Positions 19,692-30,463 of a stretch of 64,000 bases of DNA are shown piece after piece. The first letter of the stretch is position 1. Each line of letters begins with the position of its first letter. The notes below the pieces were generated by a model. The model was not told the origin of the DNA, did no database searches, and saw only the letters and a program-made list of their open reading frames with translations. The stretch comes from an uncultured delta proteobacterium (GTDB taxonomy: Bacteria; Desulfobacterota; RBG-13-43-22): the NCBI GenBank assembly GCA_963790475.1, contig CAWBOS010000015.1:224001-288000 (forward strand), in the 5' to 3' direction. The position numbers were made by a program, and so were the translations under genes.

Positions 19692-20929
19692 ATCCAGACA
19701 CCGGCAATCTTATGGTTGCAGAACTTACAGTGACCGCCCTTCACATTCATCTCCAGAATGAAGAAATTCTGTCTTTCCACGACGATTTTTTTGCAATTCG
19801 GACAGTAGGTGTGATTACCCGGATGACCCGGTACATTTCCGACATAAGGATAATGAAGGCCTCTGTTAAGGGCCGTGTCACGGGCACGTTCCAGGGTGGC
19901 AACGGGTGTGGGCGGGAGACTGAGCAGTTGATAGTCGGGATGAAAACGGGTGAAGTGGATCGGGACGTCTGGACCGACTTCCCCCAATATCCAGTTGATC
20001 AACTCCAGGAGCATTTTATCGGAATCATTTAATGTCGGAACGACCAGATTAACGATTTCCAGATGGATGCGGCTTTTGGCTATCTTTTTGATGCTTTTCA
20101 GCACCGGCCTCAGTTCCGCTCCACAGACAGAACGATAAAATTGATCGCTGTAACCCTTAAGGTCAATCTTAATGGCGTCAAGCACTTCGCACATTTCAGC
20201 CAGAGGCGCCTCATTCATGAAACCGCAACTGATCAAAACAGACCGCAGCTTCTGCTTTTTCGCCTCTCGGGCGATGTCCGTCAGGTATTCCGTAAAGACG
20301 GTCGGTTCATTGTAGGTAAAGGCAATGACGGTTGCCTTACTGTCGGAAGCAGCCCTGCTGATCTGCGCCGGCGCCGTATAGGGAACCTTATAATCTTCCG
20401 GCGAGGCCTGGGAGATTTCCCAGTTCTGGCAGAACTTACACTGAAGCGGGCAACCGGAGGTCGCCAGAGAGTAGGCTGCGGCCCCCGGCAGGAAATGATA
20501 GAAAGGCTTTTTTTCTATTGGATCGATATGGATGGATATGGGACGGCCATAGACGAGGCTGCGCAGCTCTCCTTTTATGTTTATTCGAGCGCGGCATTTA
20601 CCCCTCTGTCCGCTTTCGATAACGCATCCGTGAGCGCACAAGAGACATTTAACGATGTTGGCCTGATGGCGATAGGACTTTCCCTTAAGACTTTCCGGAT
20701 TATTGTGGCAGGCTGAACAATCGGCTTTCGCCGAGGCTACCGAAACCCAGTAACGTGCTACGGGAGCGGAGGCGATGATTTCATCTATCTGATTACGCGC
20801 CAGGGCCGCGCCTGAGCCATCGCCAAACAAAAACGCCTTCCAAAGCGGATCGGACAGAACCATACCGGCCCCGCCGGTTATCGAGGCCAGCTTGGCTGCC
20901 AGAGTTAGAAACTTACGTCTTGAGATCAT
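19688..20929 (-). CDS. AmmeMemoRadiSam radical SAM enzyme with twin-arginine leader
   Basis: DPIEKKPFYHF, CPLQCKFCQN, FTYNEP, HFTRFHP; N-terminal SRRKFL. Confidence 0.9.
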   Translation of the reverse strand: MISRRKFLTLAAKLASITGGAGMVLSDPLWKAFLFGDGSGAALARNQIDEIIASAPVARYWVSVASAKADCSACHNNPESLKGKSYRHQANIVKCLLCAHGCVIESGQRGKCRARINIKGELRSLVYGRPISIHIDPIEKKPFYHFLPGAAAYSLATSGCPLQCKFCQNWEISQASPEDYKVPYTAPAQISRAASDSKATVIAFTYNEPTVFTEYLTDIAREAKKQKLRSVLISCGFMNEAPLAEMCEVLDAIKIDLKGYSDQFYRSVCGAELRPVLKSIKKIAKSRIHLEIVNLVVPTLNDSDKMLLELINWILGEVGPDVPIHFTRFHPDYQLLSLPPTPVATLERARDTALNRGLHYPYVGNVPGHPGNHTYCPNCKKIVVERQNFFILEMNVKGGHCKFCNHKIAGVWM

Positions 20930-21374
20930 GATACCCTTGAAGGATTTCCTCGCCAGCGTTCGTTTTGTTTTATGGATAGTATAAGGGAAATATCAACTGC
21001 AAGTCAATGAGAAGAAATGGGAAGGCAAGGAGGCGGGGGTCTTAGGAGGAAAATGTAGTTCTGGAATTTGCTAACAAAAGGGGATTAAGGTAAAGGAAGA
21101 AGCCTCCAAGAAAATTTGTCTGCTATAACCGATTGAATTTTATACATTAACCACTACTCTTGTATTCATATTTGCTTGACATATAAGAGCCCTATCCCTA
21201 TACTCGGCTCAGAAATACTATCAGGTTCATAAGAAGAAACGAATGACTGTTAAGGTTCATTATCATTACCTGGTCGTCATTGAAAGCCGGAGTCCGGGAA
21301 TTAAACATTTCTCAGATAAGGCGGAATATCATTTCAATTATGAGAACGGCAGATAATTAAGGAGAGAGAGTTTC

Positions 21375-23207
21375 ATGGAATTTAAATATGATGTAAGAGA
21401 TTTAAAGTTTATTCTAAAAGAATGGCTGCCCACGGATGAAGTGACCGCCTGTGATCGATTCAAAGAGACCTTCAGTGTCGACGATGTGGATATGCTTTTA
21501 ACCGAAGGTTATAAGGTGGCCCGGGAAATCATTAATCCGATCAACGCCCCGGGGGATAAGATCGGGGTCAAATTCGAAAACGGCCAATCCATCCCTCCGC
21601 CGGGATTCAAAGAGGCCTACCAATTCTTACAACAGAACGGTTGGGGCACCAGCAGTGAGTGCATCATGGTGGAAACGGGAATGCCCTTGATCATATACAA
21701 AGCCATCTTCGAAATGAACACCGCCGCCTGCACATCCCTCATGTCGGCGATCAAGCTGACCAGCGGGGTATCCAACCTTCTGCTCCGCTTCGGGAGAGCA
21801 AAAGGACAAGTACCTCTTCCTTCCCAAGTTGTTCTCCGGCGAATGGCAGGGAACCATGTGCATCACCGAGCCGAACTACGGCTCCGACGCCGGAGACATG
21901 ATTTCCAGATCCTTTCCTACGGATGATCCGCACCTGTTTAAGATCAAAGGCACCAAGATGTTTATTACCTGCGGCGACCAGGGCCAGTGTGAAAACACGA
22001 TTCATATGGTCCTGGCCAGGACCCAGGGAGGGGCTCCGGGTTCGGCCGGTATCGGGCTTTACATCGTTCCCAAGATATGGGTTAACGAGGACGGTTCTTT
22101 GGGAGAACCCAATGATGTGACCACCATCGGCCTGGAACATAAAATGGGTCTCAAAGGTCAGGCCACGGCCCTGCTCAATTTCGGTGAAAACGACCGGTGT
22201 TACGGTATCCTGGTCGGCGACTCCTCCGGACGAGAAGGGTGTGTCCAAGGGATTGTCCATGATGTTTCACATGATGAATGAATCCAGGATCGGTACAGGC
22301 CACAACTCGAATTCCCAGGCGGCCGCATCTTACTATTACGCTTCCCAGTACGCCACGGAGCGGATTCAAGGCCGGCCCTTTCGGCATCCGGGACGCCGAA
22401 CGGGTTCCTATCATCCAACACGAGGACATCCGCAGGATGCTCCTGGACATGAAGGCCCATGTGGAAGGAATCCGGGCCATGACCTTCAAGGGTTTTTATT
22501 ATCTCGATATCCAGGCCAACAGCAGCGATCAAGCCAAAGCCAAACAGTGCGGCCAGTTTGCTGAAATATTAACCCCTCTGGTTAAGGGGTACGGCAGCGA
22601 AGCCTCCCTGGGGGTTATTGCCCAGGCCATGCAGGTTTTCGGCGGCGTGGGCTACACCCAGGAATATCCCGTGGAACAATACCTGCGGGACTCGAAGATT
22701 CTGACCATCTGGGAAGGGACCACCTACATTCATGCTCAGGACCTCATCAACCGCAAAATGCGAATGGACGGCGGGAAACCCTTCAAGGACTGGATGGCCG
22801 GCATCAAGGCCTTTATTGATTCCAATGCCAAGGCCGAGGGGTTCGAGAAAGAAATGGACAAGCTCGCCCGGGGTTACCAGTGTCTGGCTGAGGTGGTGGC
22901 CATCTACGATTCCTGGTACAACAACCTGGAAGTTAAACGTCCTCTCATACCGCTTTATGCCGTACGGGCCTTATTCGTCTGCGCCCAGGTGAAAGTAGCC
23001 AAATGCCTTATGGAGCATGCTCTGATCGCCAAAGAAAAGCTGGTTCGAGCTGAAGGCGTTGAGGCTACCTTCTACCAGGGAAAAATCGCCTCGGCCCGTT
23101 ATTTTCTGAACAACATCCTGCCCAATGTGTATTTAACAACGGAAATAATCAGAGATGCGGATACGACTGTCCTGGATTGTCCCGGGGAAGCATTGATCGT
23201 CAGATAG
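21375..23207 (+). CDS. Acyl-CoA dehydrogenase (~600-aa type), three apparent frameshifts
   Basis: GTMCITEP..GSD, GTKMFIT, EHKMG, MFHMMNESR, QVFGGVGY, IWEGT spread over four ORFs. Confidence 0.85.
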
Positions 23208-23236
23208 GCTTAGGTGAATTCTTCGGATTTGATTCG

Positions 23237-24187
23237 ATGAAAGATTTGGCCCCTACAGATAACTCCTCATTCTCCGATGAAACAGGACAATATGAATACC
23301 TGTTTCGATTGAATCGGGCCATCGATTATATCCAAAAGCACTATGACGAAAATTTGAACCTGACAAAACTGGCCGAGATCGCCTGTTTTTCAAAATATCA
23401 TTTCCATCGCCTATTCAGAGCAATAGTGGGTGAAACACTCAGCGGCTTTGTGCGACGTTTCCGTCTGGAAAAAGCGGTCCACAAACTCATATTGGAAAAA
23501 CACAAGTCCATAACTGACATCGCTCTCGATTGCGGATTTTCGAGTTCGCAGAATTTTGCCAAGGCCTTCAAGTCCTATTTTGGCGTCAATTCCACTTTTA
23601 TTCGGAAAAAATTTTGCTGGAAAATTATCGAAAATAAGGAGGAAAACAGGGAAGCTCTCCAGAGATCCATGATTCAATCCCGATGGGTGATAAAAAACAG
23701 GGTGGAATCAGAGACCATTTCGGTAAGAATCTCGGATATCCCCTCTTACCAGGTAGCCTATATCCGGAGGATCGGCCCTTATCAGCCGGAAAGGATGACC
23801 CCGGTTTTTTCCCGACTGTTGCAATGGGCGGCCTCCAGAGGGTTATGGAATGGAAATTCCATTCTGATAGGGACGGTGTGGAATAATCCTCGGATAACTC
23901 CCGAAGATAAATGCATCTGTGATGCCTGCATCATGGTCCCTGAATCCCTGAGATTCACAGAAGGGATTAATATTCAATCTTTACCGGGAGGGAAGTTTGC
24001 GGTCTATCGTTGTCAGATCGGACCCCAGGATTTTCCTGAGGCCTGGATGCGCTTGATTTCTCTTTGGCTGCTGTCCAGTGATTATCAACCGGATGACCGT
24101 CCTTCTTATGTTTTATATCATGATGGTGGACCTCCTCCTTTAAAACCCTGGATTGTCGATCTCTGCCTGCCGATAAAGCCCTTGTGA
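23237..24187 (+). CDS. AraC family regulator with GyrI-like effector domain
   Basis: ACFSKYHFHRLF, ITDIALDCGFSSSQNF, C-terminal GyrI-like domain. Confidence 0.9.
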   Translation: MKDLAPTDNSSFSDETGQYEYLFRLNRAIDYIQKHYDENLNLTKLAEIACFSKYHFHRLFRAIVGETLSGFVRRFRLEKAVHKLILEKHKSITDIALDCGFSSSQNFAKAFKSYFGVNSTFIRKKFCWKIIENKEENREALQRSMIQSRWVIKNRVESETISVRISDIPSYQVAYIRRIGPYQPERMTPVFSRLLQWAASRGLWNGNSILIGTVWNNPRITPEDKCICDACIMVPESLRFTEGINIQSLPGGKFAVYRCQIGPQDFPEAWMRLISLWLLSSDYQPDDRPSYVLYHDGGPPPLKPWIVDLCLPIKPL

Positions 24188-24418
24188 GCTGATAACTCAA
24201 GTAATTTTCTCATAGATATTTCCTTGAAACGATCTGTACTCCGAATACAAATCGCAAGATTTTTAACCAAGACTACCCGCCTGGCGTCCTAAAAACAAGA
24301 ACGGGAAACAAAAAAAGCAACAATCGACAAGAATTACTTTTAGAAATCGTCTATATTACAAAATACGTTCCTTATACCCCCCGATGCCGCAAAAGCCAGG
24401 GATGCCGCAGATACAAGC

Positions 24419-25084
24419 ATGTTCATGAAAAGATTCCTAAAACCCATAGCTGGTCTCTTGGTCCTGGTGGTATTAACCTGGACGATCAAGTATTATATCC
24501 TTGCCCATTACTTCAATCTTGAGACCATCCGCTCTATAGTGCAATCCCTGGGTCCTTATGGCCCCCTGGTTTTTATCGGCCTGTGCATAGCTGCGGTACT
24601 CTTCCATTTACCGGAGGTTGTCTTTATTGCCATCGGCGGTGTCTTGTTCGGCGGGACGGGAGGGTTTGCCCTGGGCTGGATAGGCTCGACCGCCGGTTCG
24701 ACCTGCTCCTTTCTGCTGGCCCGCTATTTCCTGCGGGAGGCCTTGCAGCGGGCCGTGTCCTCCCGGTTTAAGCGCATCCAGGCCCTGGACGAGCGTCTGG
24801 AACGCCGGGGCTTCCAGACCGTGCTGGCCCTTCGTCTTATGCTTTTCATGGCCCCGCCGCTTAACTGGGCCATCGGGGTGACACGGGTGCGCTTTCGGCA
24901 TTATATCTTGGGCTCGGCCCTGGGTGTTATACCCTGTATCGCCGTTACCTCCTACGCCGCCGATTCCATTGTCCGGGCCGGTTCCTTTTCCGCCGCCTTC
25001 ACCTCCGGGACCCTCTTGCTCCTTTCCCTCGTCCTCCTCCTGGTAATCCTGAGCTCAATCGCCGCCTCCCGGTTCTTTCGCTGA
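24419..25084 (+). CDS. TVP38/TMEM64 (DedA/VTT) membrane protein
   Basis: GGVLFG, FLLARYF, LRL...P..NWAIG.T.V. Confidence 0.85.
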   Translation: MFMKRFLKPIAGLLVLVVLTWTIKYYILAHYFNLETIRSIVQSLGPYGPLVFIGLCIAAVLFHLPEVVFIAIGGVLFGGTGGFALGWIGSTAGSTCSFLLARYFLREALQRAVSSRFKRIQALDERLERRGFQTVLALRLMLFMAPPLNWAIGVTRVRFRHYILGSALGVIPCIAVTSYAADSIVRAGSFSAAFTSGTLLLLSLVLLLVILSSIAASRFFR

Positions 25085-25242
25085 TTCTCATTTGGGAAAT
25101 CCACCGGCAAGGCCAATTTGAAATGAAGGAAGTAAATTAAAAAAGAAATTATGGACAAGAAATAATTTTAAGAATGGTCTAAGTTGAACCAACTTTATTC
25201 GAAATGAGTTCCAGGAACGTCTAAGGTTAAGAAGGGAATCCT

Positions 25243-25911
25243 ATGAAATTCGTGAAGTCATTGGAAGAGATACAAGCTTTTAGAAGTAAAACAGCCGAGT
25301 TTTATGATGCCGAAATGCTGCTGGTTCTTTGGGAAACAAAACCCGAGATCATTGCCGGACTTCTTCCCTGGCCCTTGACACCGGCCGAGTATCCCTTGGT
25401 CTCAGCCTTTGTGGCCAATTATCCCCGTACCAATTTTGATGTAGTCTAGAAAATGGCGGATATCCATTTCTCCAAAGACGGAGAATTAATTAAAGGGTGG
25501 ACCGAACGACGCGGGATTAGATTCATGGAAATTCAAGCTAAACTGACCGGAAAGTTCAATGATCCCCAGTCTCAGGATTTTCTGATGGGGAATATCAACA
25601 GCGACGGTTCCATCAAAAGGACTTCTTTTCTATTTAAACACTTTCCGGCCCCCGAGGGGGATGGGTTCGATTTCAATCCGAGACTTATCAGGCAGGAAAC
25701 GGTTTTCAGACCTAAAGTGATCCAGATGGGTGAAGGGAAAATAATTCTCAGACCATCCGACTATGACCCCTGGGCCGAGGCGGAGGTTGTGAAAATGCTT
25801 GGAGCCGTTTACCTGGTGGGAGACAATTCCATGCTGGAGGGAAAGATCCTGACTGAAGTCGATCCCTTGAAATTCGCGCCCCATGCTTTTTTGAAATGGG
25901 ATATGAAATAA
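25243..25911 (+). pseudogene. Acetoacetate decarboxylase family protein with internal deletion and stop
   Basis: WETKPE..AGLLP.PL.P N-terminus; TAG at 25447; segment expected before KMADI is missing. Confidence 0.7.
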
Positions 25912-25927
25912 TGAAAGAGAAAAGATT

Positions 25928-27332
25928 ATGAAAACAAGCAACACCATTCTTATCGCTGTCATTGCCGGTATACTTTTTTTAAGCGGCGGATCCTGGTCAG
26001 TCGGGGCATCTGCCCTTACGCCGACAGAAATCCGCGCCATCACAGAAGAGGCCACCATCTGGGGCTTCCCGATCGTGGCCAATTACAAGTTACTTTCCAT
26101 GGTCTTCGACCCAAGATCACCCCTGTACGGGCGTTTCAATATCCTCCGTCACCGCAGGTCTCTGAACACGGCCAAAGACAGAACGGTCGTGGGCCCTAAC
26201 AACGATACGGTCTATAGTATTGCCATCCTGGATCTGGGATCCGAACCGATGGTCTTCCATGTGCCGGACATGGGCGGGCGCTACTATGCTTTTCAATTTA
26301 TTGACCTGGAGGCCACCAACATCGGCTACATCGGCACCAGGGCTACCGGGAACCAGGAAGGGTGGTATGGCGGCCACCGGACCCAATTGGCACGGACAGC
26401 TCCCCTCAAAAATCCTCAAGGCGATCCCTTGCCCTAGCCGCTTTGTCCTGGTCCTCGGGCGCACCCTGGTGAACGGAGAGAGCGACCTGCCGAATGTGGT
26501 AAAGATCCAGGACCAATATGAGCTTATGCCCTTAAGCAGGCTGACCGGGACTCCGGCCCCGAAGCTTCCGACGCCGGATATTATTCCCTATGATGCGCAG
26601 AAAGTCAGGACCCTCGACTTCTTCAATTACCTGAATCTCCTTATCCAGTTTCAAAATTTTGGCCCCGATGAGCAGGCCCTGCTTAGGAAATTCACCGTTA
26701 TCGGCATCGCCCCCGGCAAGCCCTTCGACCCGGCTTTACTCGACGAGCCTACACGCCGGGCGATGGAGGAAGGCCTGCGGGCGGGCCTGGCCAAGATCAA
26801 CGGTCCCAAGATCGGCGATCTGAAGACACCCAGGCGACTGGTCAACGGTTGGTTACAACCTCCCAACGCAGGAAATTCTTTTGGGGGCGACTATCTTATG
26901 CGGGCGGTCGTTTTTGCCAAGGGGCCTTATGGAAACGACAAAGAAGAAGCCCGATATACCCGAGCTTATGTTGACGGCGGTGGACAGCCCTTGGACGCCG
27001 CCAAACATCGTTACGTCTTGCGCCTGTCCAAAGAAGACATGTCCATGCCCAAATACTTCTGGTCCGTGACCATGTATGATCCCAAGGAAGGACAGTTGGT
27101 GGAGAATCCTATTAACCGTTATTCGATCAGCAACCGGACCCCCGGCCTGAAGTATGGGGCGGATGGCTCCCTGACCATCGTCCTTCGGCACGATTCACCC
27201 GGGGAGGACCAGGCCGGCAACTGGCTGCCGGCCCCCAAGGGACCTTTCTATTTGTCCATGCGGATCTACGGACCGAAAGGGGATGTACTCAGCGGAAAAT
27301 GGGCACCACCACCTGTGATGCGCGTGGAGTGA
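25928..27332 (+). CDS. DUF1254/DUF1214 exported protein, frameshift near 26370
   Basis: PNNDTVYS..LDL..EP, FWSVTMYD, NPINRYSI, DGSLTI, NWLPAP, RIYGP. Confidence 0.85.
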
Positions 27333-27353
27333 TGAGCACGAAAAATATATACA

Positions 27354-28895
27354 CTACCGCCTGAAAACGATTTTCCCGCCGATAATGGTCATCTCCACTT
27401 TGATATCCTTGATCGCTTCTTCAGGAACCGTAAAGGGATTATCGCGCAGGACCACCAGGTCGGCCAGTTTCCCCGGTGCGATCATACCTTTTTGCTGTTC
27501 GTCAAAAGAACTTCGGGCAGCCATACCAGTAACCATGGCCAGGGCCTCATAGACACTTATCTTTTCTTTTTCCAAAACAATCCCGCCGCTTTTCGACTTC
27601 CGGGTAATCGCCCCATAGATCCCGGCCAGAGGGTTGACCGGGGCAATCGGGGCGTCCGAACCAGCGGCCAGGGAGACGCCGTTTTTCATCAGGGTGCCGA
27701 AGGGATACAAATTTTTTAGCTGAGAAGGATTAACAGATTTAAGATACCTCTCGCCGCTGAAATAGATAAAAGCGGGATTGGAAACAACCATGATCCCGGA
27801 TGAAGCGATTCGTTCAGCCAAGTCAGGCGGACACACCGAACAATGCTCGATCCGATGCCGGAGATCCTTGCGGGGATAAATTCTCTGAGCTTGTTCAATA
27901 GCGTTGCAGGCAGCTTCAATAGCTGTTTCTTCAAGGGCATGGATGGCCGCCTGCTGACCTGCCTTGTGTATGGAGAGTACGACTTCGTTCAGCTCCTCTT
28001 GAGTTGGAAAAAGTTTGCCGGTGGTTTCATCGAGGACGATTTTTACCCCTCCGGGCTTAAGCTGGTTTTTGTCTTTTGTCATTGGGAACTGACTGGACTG
28101 ATATTCCTCAAAACCTTTCCAGCCGAGCATAATCACCACCCGACTGTCCAAAAAACCATCGGCCTTCCATCCTTCAAAAGACCGCCAACGCTCCACATCG
28201 TTTCTGGAAGAGGCGTCTTGAAAACTGGTGATGCCTGCCTTAATCAATACCTGATTGGCCAGCTTCACCCCCTGATCGAGTTGCCCTTTAGCCAAAGGCG
28301 GGATTAAAGATGAGAGGAAATCACCCTGTCCGAAAAAAACACCGGTTGGTTCTCCTGTTTCCAAGTCCCGTTCCATTAACCCACCTGAGGGATCCGGGGT
28401 CTCTATAGTGATGTTCAGCAATGTTAAGGCCCGGGTATTTATAACCTGGGCATGTCCGGAACGATGGGTGAGTTTCACCGGGTGATCGGGGGCAGCCGCA
28501 TCAAGGTCCCTACGGTTGGGATCTCGTTGTTCCTCGAGAAAGGTCTCGTCATAACCGCCGGCCCGGATCCACGTCCCCGGCGGGTGCCTGAAAGATTCCC
28601 GATGAATTCTTTCCTGAATATGGGCAATAGAAGAGACGCCGTTTCCCGGGCTGATGTTCAAAGTGACCAGGCTTTCGGCCAAAGCACGAAGATGAAGGTG
28701 GGCGTCGATGAACCCAGGCAGAACGGTTTTTCCGTTTAGATCGACAACTCCAGTGCGGATATTTAAAAGCCCTTCAAGTTTGTCCCTGGCTCCCACAGCC
28801 AAGATACGTCCGTCTTTTATAGCCAGCGTATCGGCCCTGGGAAAATCAGGGTCCATGGTGACAATTGAGGCATTGGTTATATACAGATCGCTCAT
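27354..28895 (-). CDS. Amidohydrolase_3 (YtcJ-like) metal-dependent hydrolase
   Basis: PGFIDAHLH, IHA, RHRIEH, GSDAP, PGKLADLVVL. Confidence 0.9.
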   Translation of the reverse strand: MSDLYITNASIVTMDPDFPRADTLAIKDGRILAVGARDKLEGLLNIRTGVVDLNGKTVLPGFIDAHLHLRALAESLVTLNISPGNGVSSIAHIQERIHRESFRHPPGTWIRAGGYDETFLEEQRDPNRRDLDAAAPDHPVKLTHRSGHAQVINTRALTLLNITIETPDPSGGLMERDLETGEPTGVFFGQGDFLSSLIPPLAKGQLDQGVKLANQVLIKAGITSFQDASSRNDVERWRSFEGWKADGFLDSRVVIMLGWKGFEEYQSSQFPMTKDKNQLKPGGVKIVLDETTGKLFPTQEELNEVVLSIHKAGQQAAIHALEETAIEAACNAIEQAQRIYPRKDLRHRIEHCSVCPPDLAERIASSGIMVVSNPAFIYFSGERYLKSVNPSQLKNLYPFGTLMKNGVSLAAGSDAPIAPVNPLAGIYGAITRKSKSGGIVLEKEKISVYEALAMVTGMAARSSFDEQQKGMIAPGKLADLVVLRDNPFTVPEEAIKDIKVEMTIIGGKIVFRR

Positions 28896-28986
28896 GGAGT
28901 AATAGGGGTAGCCAAGCTCATGAATTTTCCTGCAGGGTTCTTAGCTTCCTTTATTCAAAGACAGGCGAAGGCCTCAAGAAAGAAAA

Positions 28987-29550
28987 CTATTTCTTTAAAC
29001 CCTTACCAATGCTCCAGGCCCGGCCAAGATTTTCGCCAATAGACCAATACTGATTGTCCGGCATGGTTAAGGTAAACGGCTTTATTTTTTTTATATCCAG
29101 CTTACTGTCGGTCATGAATTTTTCTTCTGTGAAAACTTCTTTCGGCTCCCCAATGTAAATCGTATTAGTCGGCAACTTAACAGCCTGATACAAAATGCAA
29201 GACATCCCAATCGGGCATTCTTTTATCAATGGGGCATTTTTATTTTCACCATAAAAAACATCAAAGACCACCGATTTGTCGGTTTTGCTACCCGAAACCA
29301 ACCCGCAATAATCGGTCTTTTCAATTAACGAAACATCGGGAATATTGATGCTGAATTCTTTGTTTTCATCGATCCCTTTATTGGTATGATGCGCTCCTAT
29401 GGCTATGGCCATTAAAGGGGGCCTATTATTAACCCTTGAAATCCAACCCACAGCCATAAAATTGACTTTCCCCTTAAAAACAGTACCCACCAAAACCATT
29501 GGCATGGGATATAAAAACGCCGCACCAGTATCTAATTTAATTTTTCCCAT
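28987..29550 (-). CDS. Flavin reductase-like (flavoredoxin) protein
   Basis: YPMPMVLV, EFSINIP, DYCGLVSG..DK, APLIKECP. Confidence 0.85.
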   Translation of the reverse strand: MGKIKLDTGAAFLYPMPMVLVGTVFKGKVNFMAVGWISRVNNRPPLMAIAIGAHHTNKGIDENKEFSINIPDVSLIEKTDYCGLVSGSKTDKSVVFDVFYGENKNAPLIKECPIGMSCILYQAVKLPTNTIYIGEPKEVFTEEKFMTDSKLDIKKIKPFTLTMPDNQYWSIGENLGRAWSIGKGLKK

Positions 29551-29838
29551 AGTTTTTCACTCCTTTTTTTGATGACCATCTGTCTGGATTAGAAACAAAC
29601 AAAAGGAATCAATACTCACGATTTAGTCTATGGTAGGGAAAGTACCTTTTGGTGTCAATCAGAATTACTGCTGTATACCTTTCTCTTTTTAAAAGCTGGC
29701 AGAGTCATCCCTTGTCCTTAGTATTTCGGGGTTAGCCCTTGTCATCAGATAATACTTCTGTTAAAATGTTTTAAAATTTGATAGTAAAAAATAAATTAAC
29801 AGGTTCAACCGATTTAACCTCAGGTAATTACATCAAAA

Positions 29839-30249
29839 ATGAAGACCATCCACAAAATAATTCACGGCGATTGCAGGCAGATGAACCTTGTGGCCGATGA
29901 ATCGGTTCATCTGATTATCACTTCTCCTCCATATTGGCAACTTAAAGATTATGGAACAAACGATCAAATCGGCTACCATGAAACTTATGAGAGCTACATA
30001 AATAATCTGAGCCTTGTCTGGAACGAATGTCATAGAGTTTTACAACCTGGTTGTCGTCTCTGCATAAACATTGGCGATCAATTTGCTCGTTCAGTTTACT
30101 ATGGACGATACAAAGTGATCCCCATCAGAACCGAAATTATCAAGTTCTGTGAGACGATCGGTTTTGACTACATGGGAGCGATAATCTGGCAAAAAATTAC
30201 AACAACTAACACGACCGGCGGCGCGACCATCATGGGAAGTTTTCCCTAA
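29839..30249 (+). pseudogene. N4C/N6A DNA methyltransferase (beta class), truncated
   Basis: GDCR, TSPPY catalytic motif, RVLQPGCRLCINIGD; stops at GSFP before the SAM-binding motif. Confidence 0.85.
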
Positions 30250-30308
30250 TCTTGAAATGAAATCCTGATATGCGATTAATTTGAATATAAAAAAAGGAAA
30301 TTTAATAT

Positions 30309-30452
30309 ATGGAAGAATATAAATGCGAACATTGTAAAGGAATAGTTCAAATAACTATATTAGAAGATACTGAAAAGGAGACAGATCCAATTATAGAATT
30401 CTGTCCCTTCTGCGGGATGTCAAAATATTATCCGAAAGAAATAGAAGTTTGA
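30309..30452 (+). CDS. 47-aa zinc-ribbon protein
   Basis: Hand translation MEEYKCEHCKG...EFCPFCGMSKYYPKEIEV; AAGGA upstream; below ORF-track cutoff. Confidence 0.6.
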   Translation: MEEYKCEHCKGIVQITILEDTEKETDPIIEFCPFCGMSKYYPKEIEV

Positions 30453-30463
30453 ATTGGTTAAAG

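Noticed and set aside
25447-25449. In-frame TAG as a pyrrolysine codon
   Set aside because: It coincides with an apparent deletion junction, and no pyl genes are in the window.
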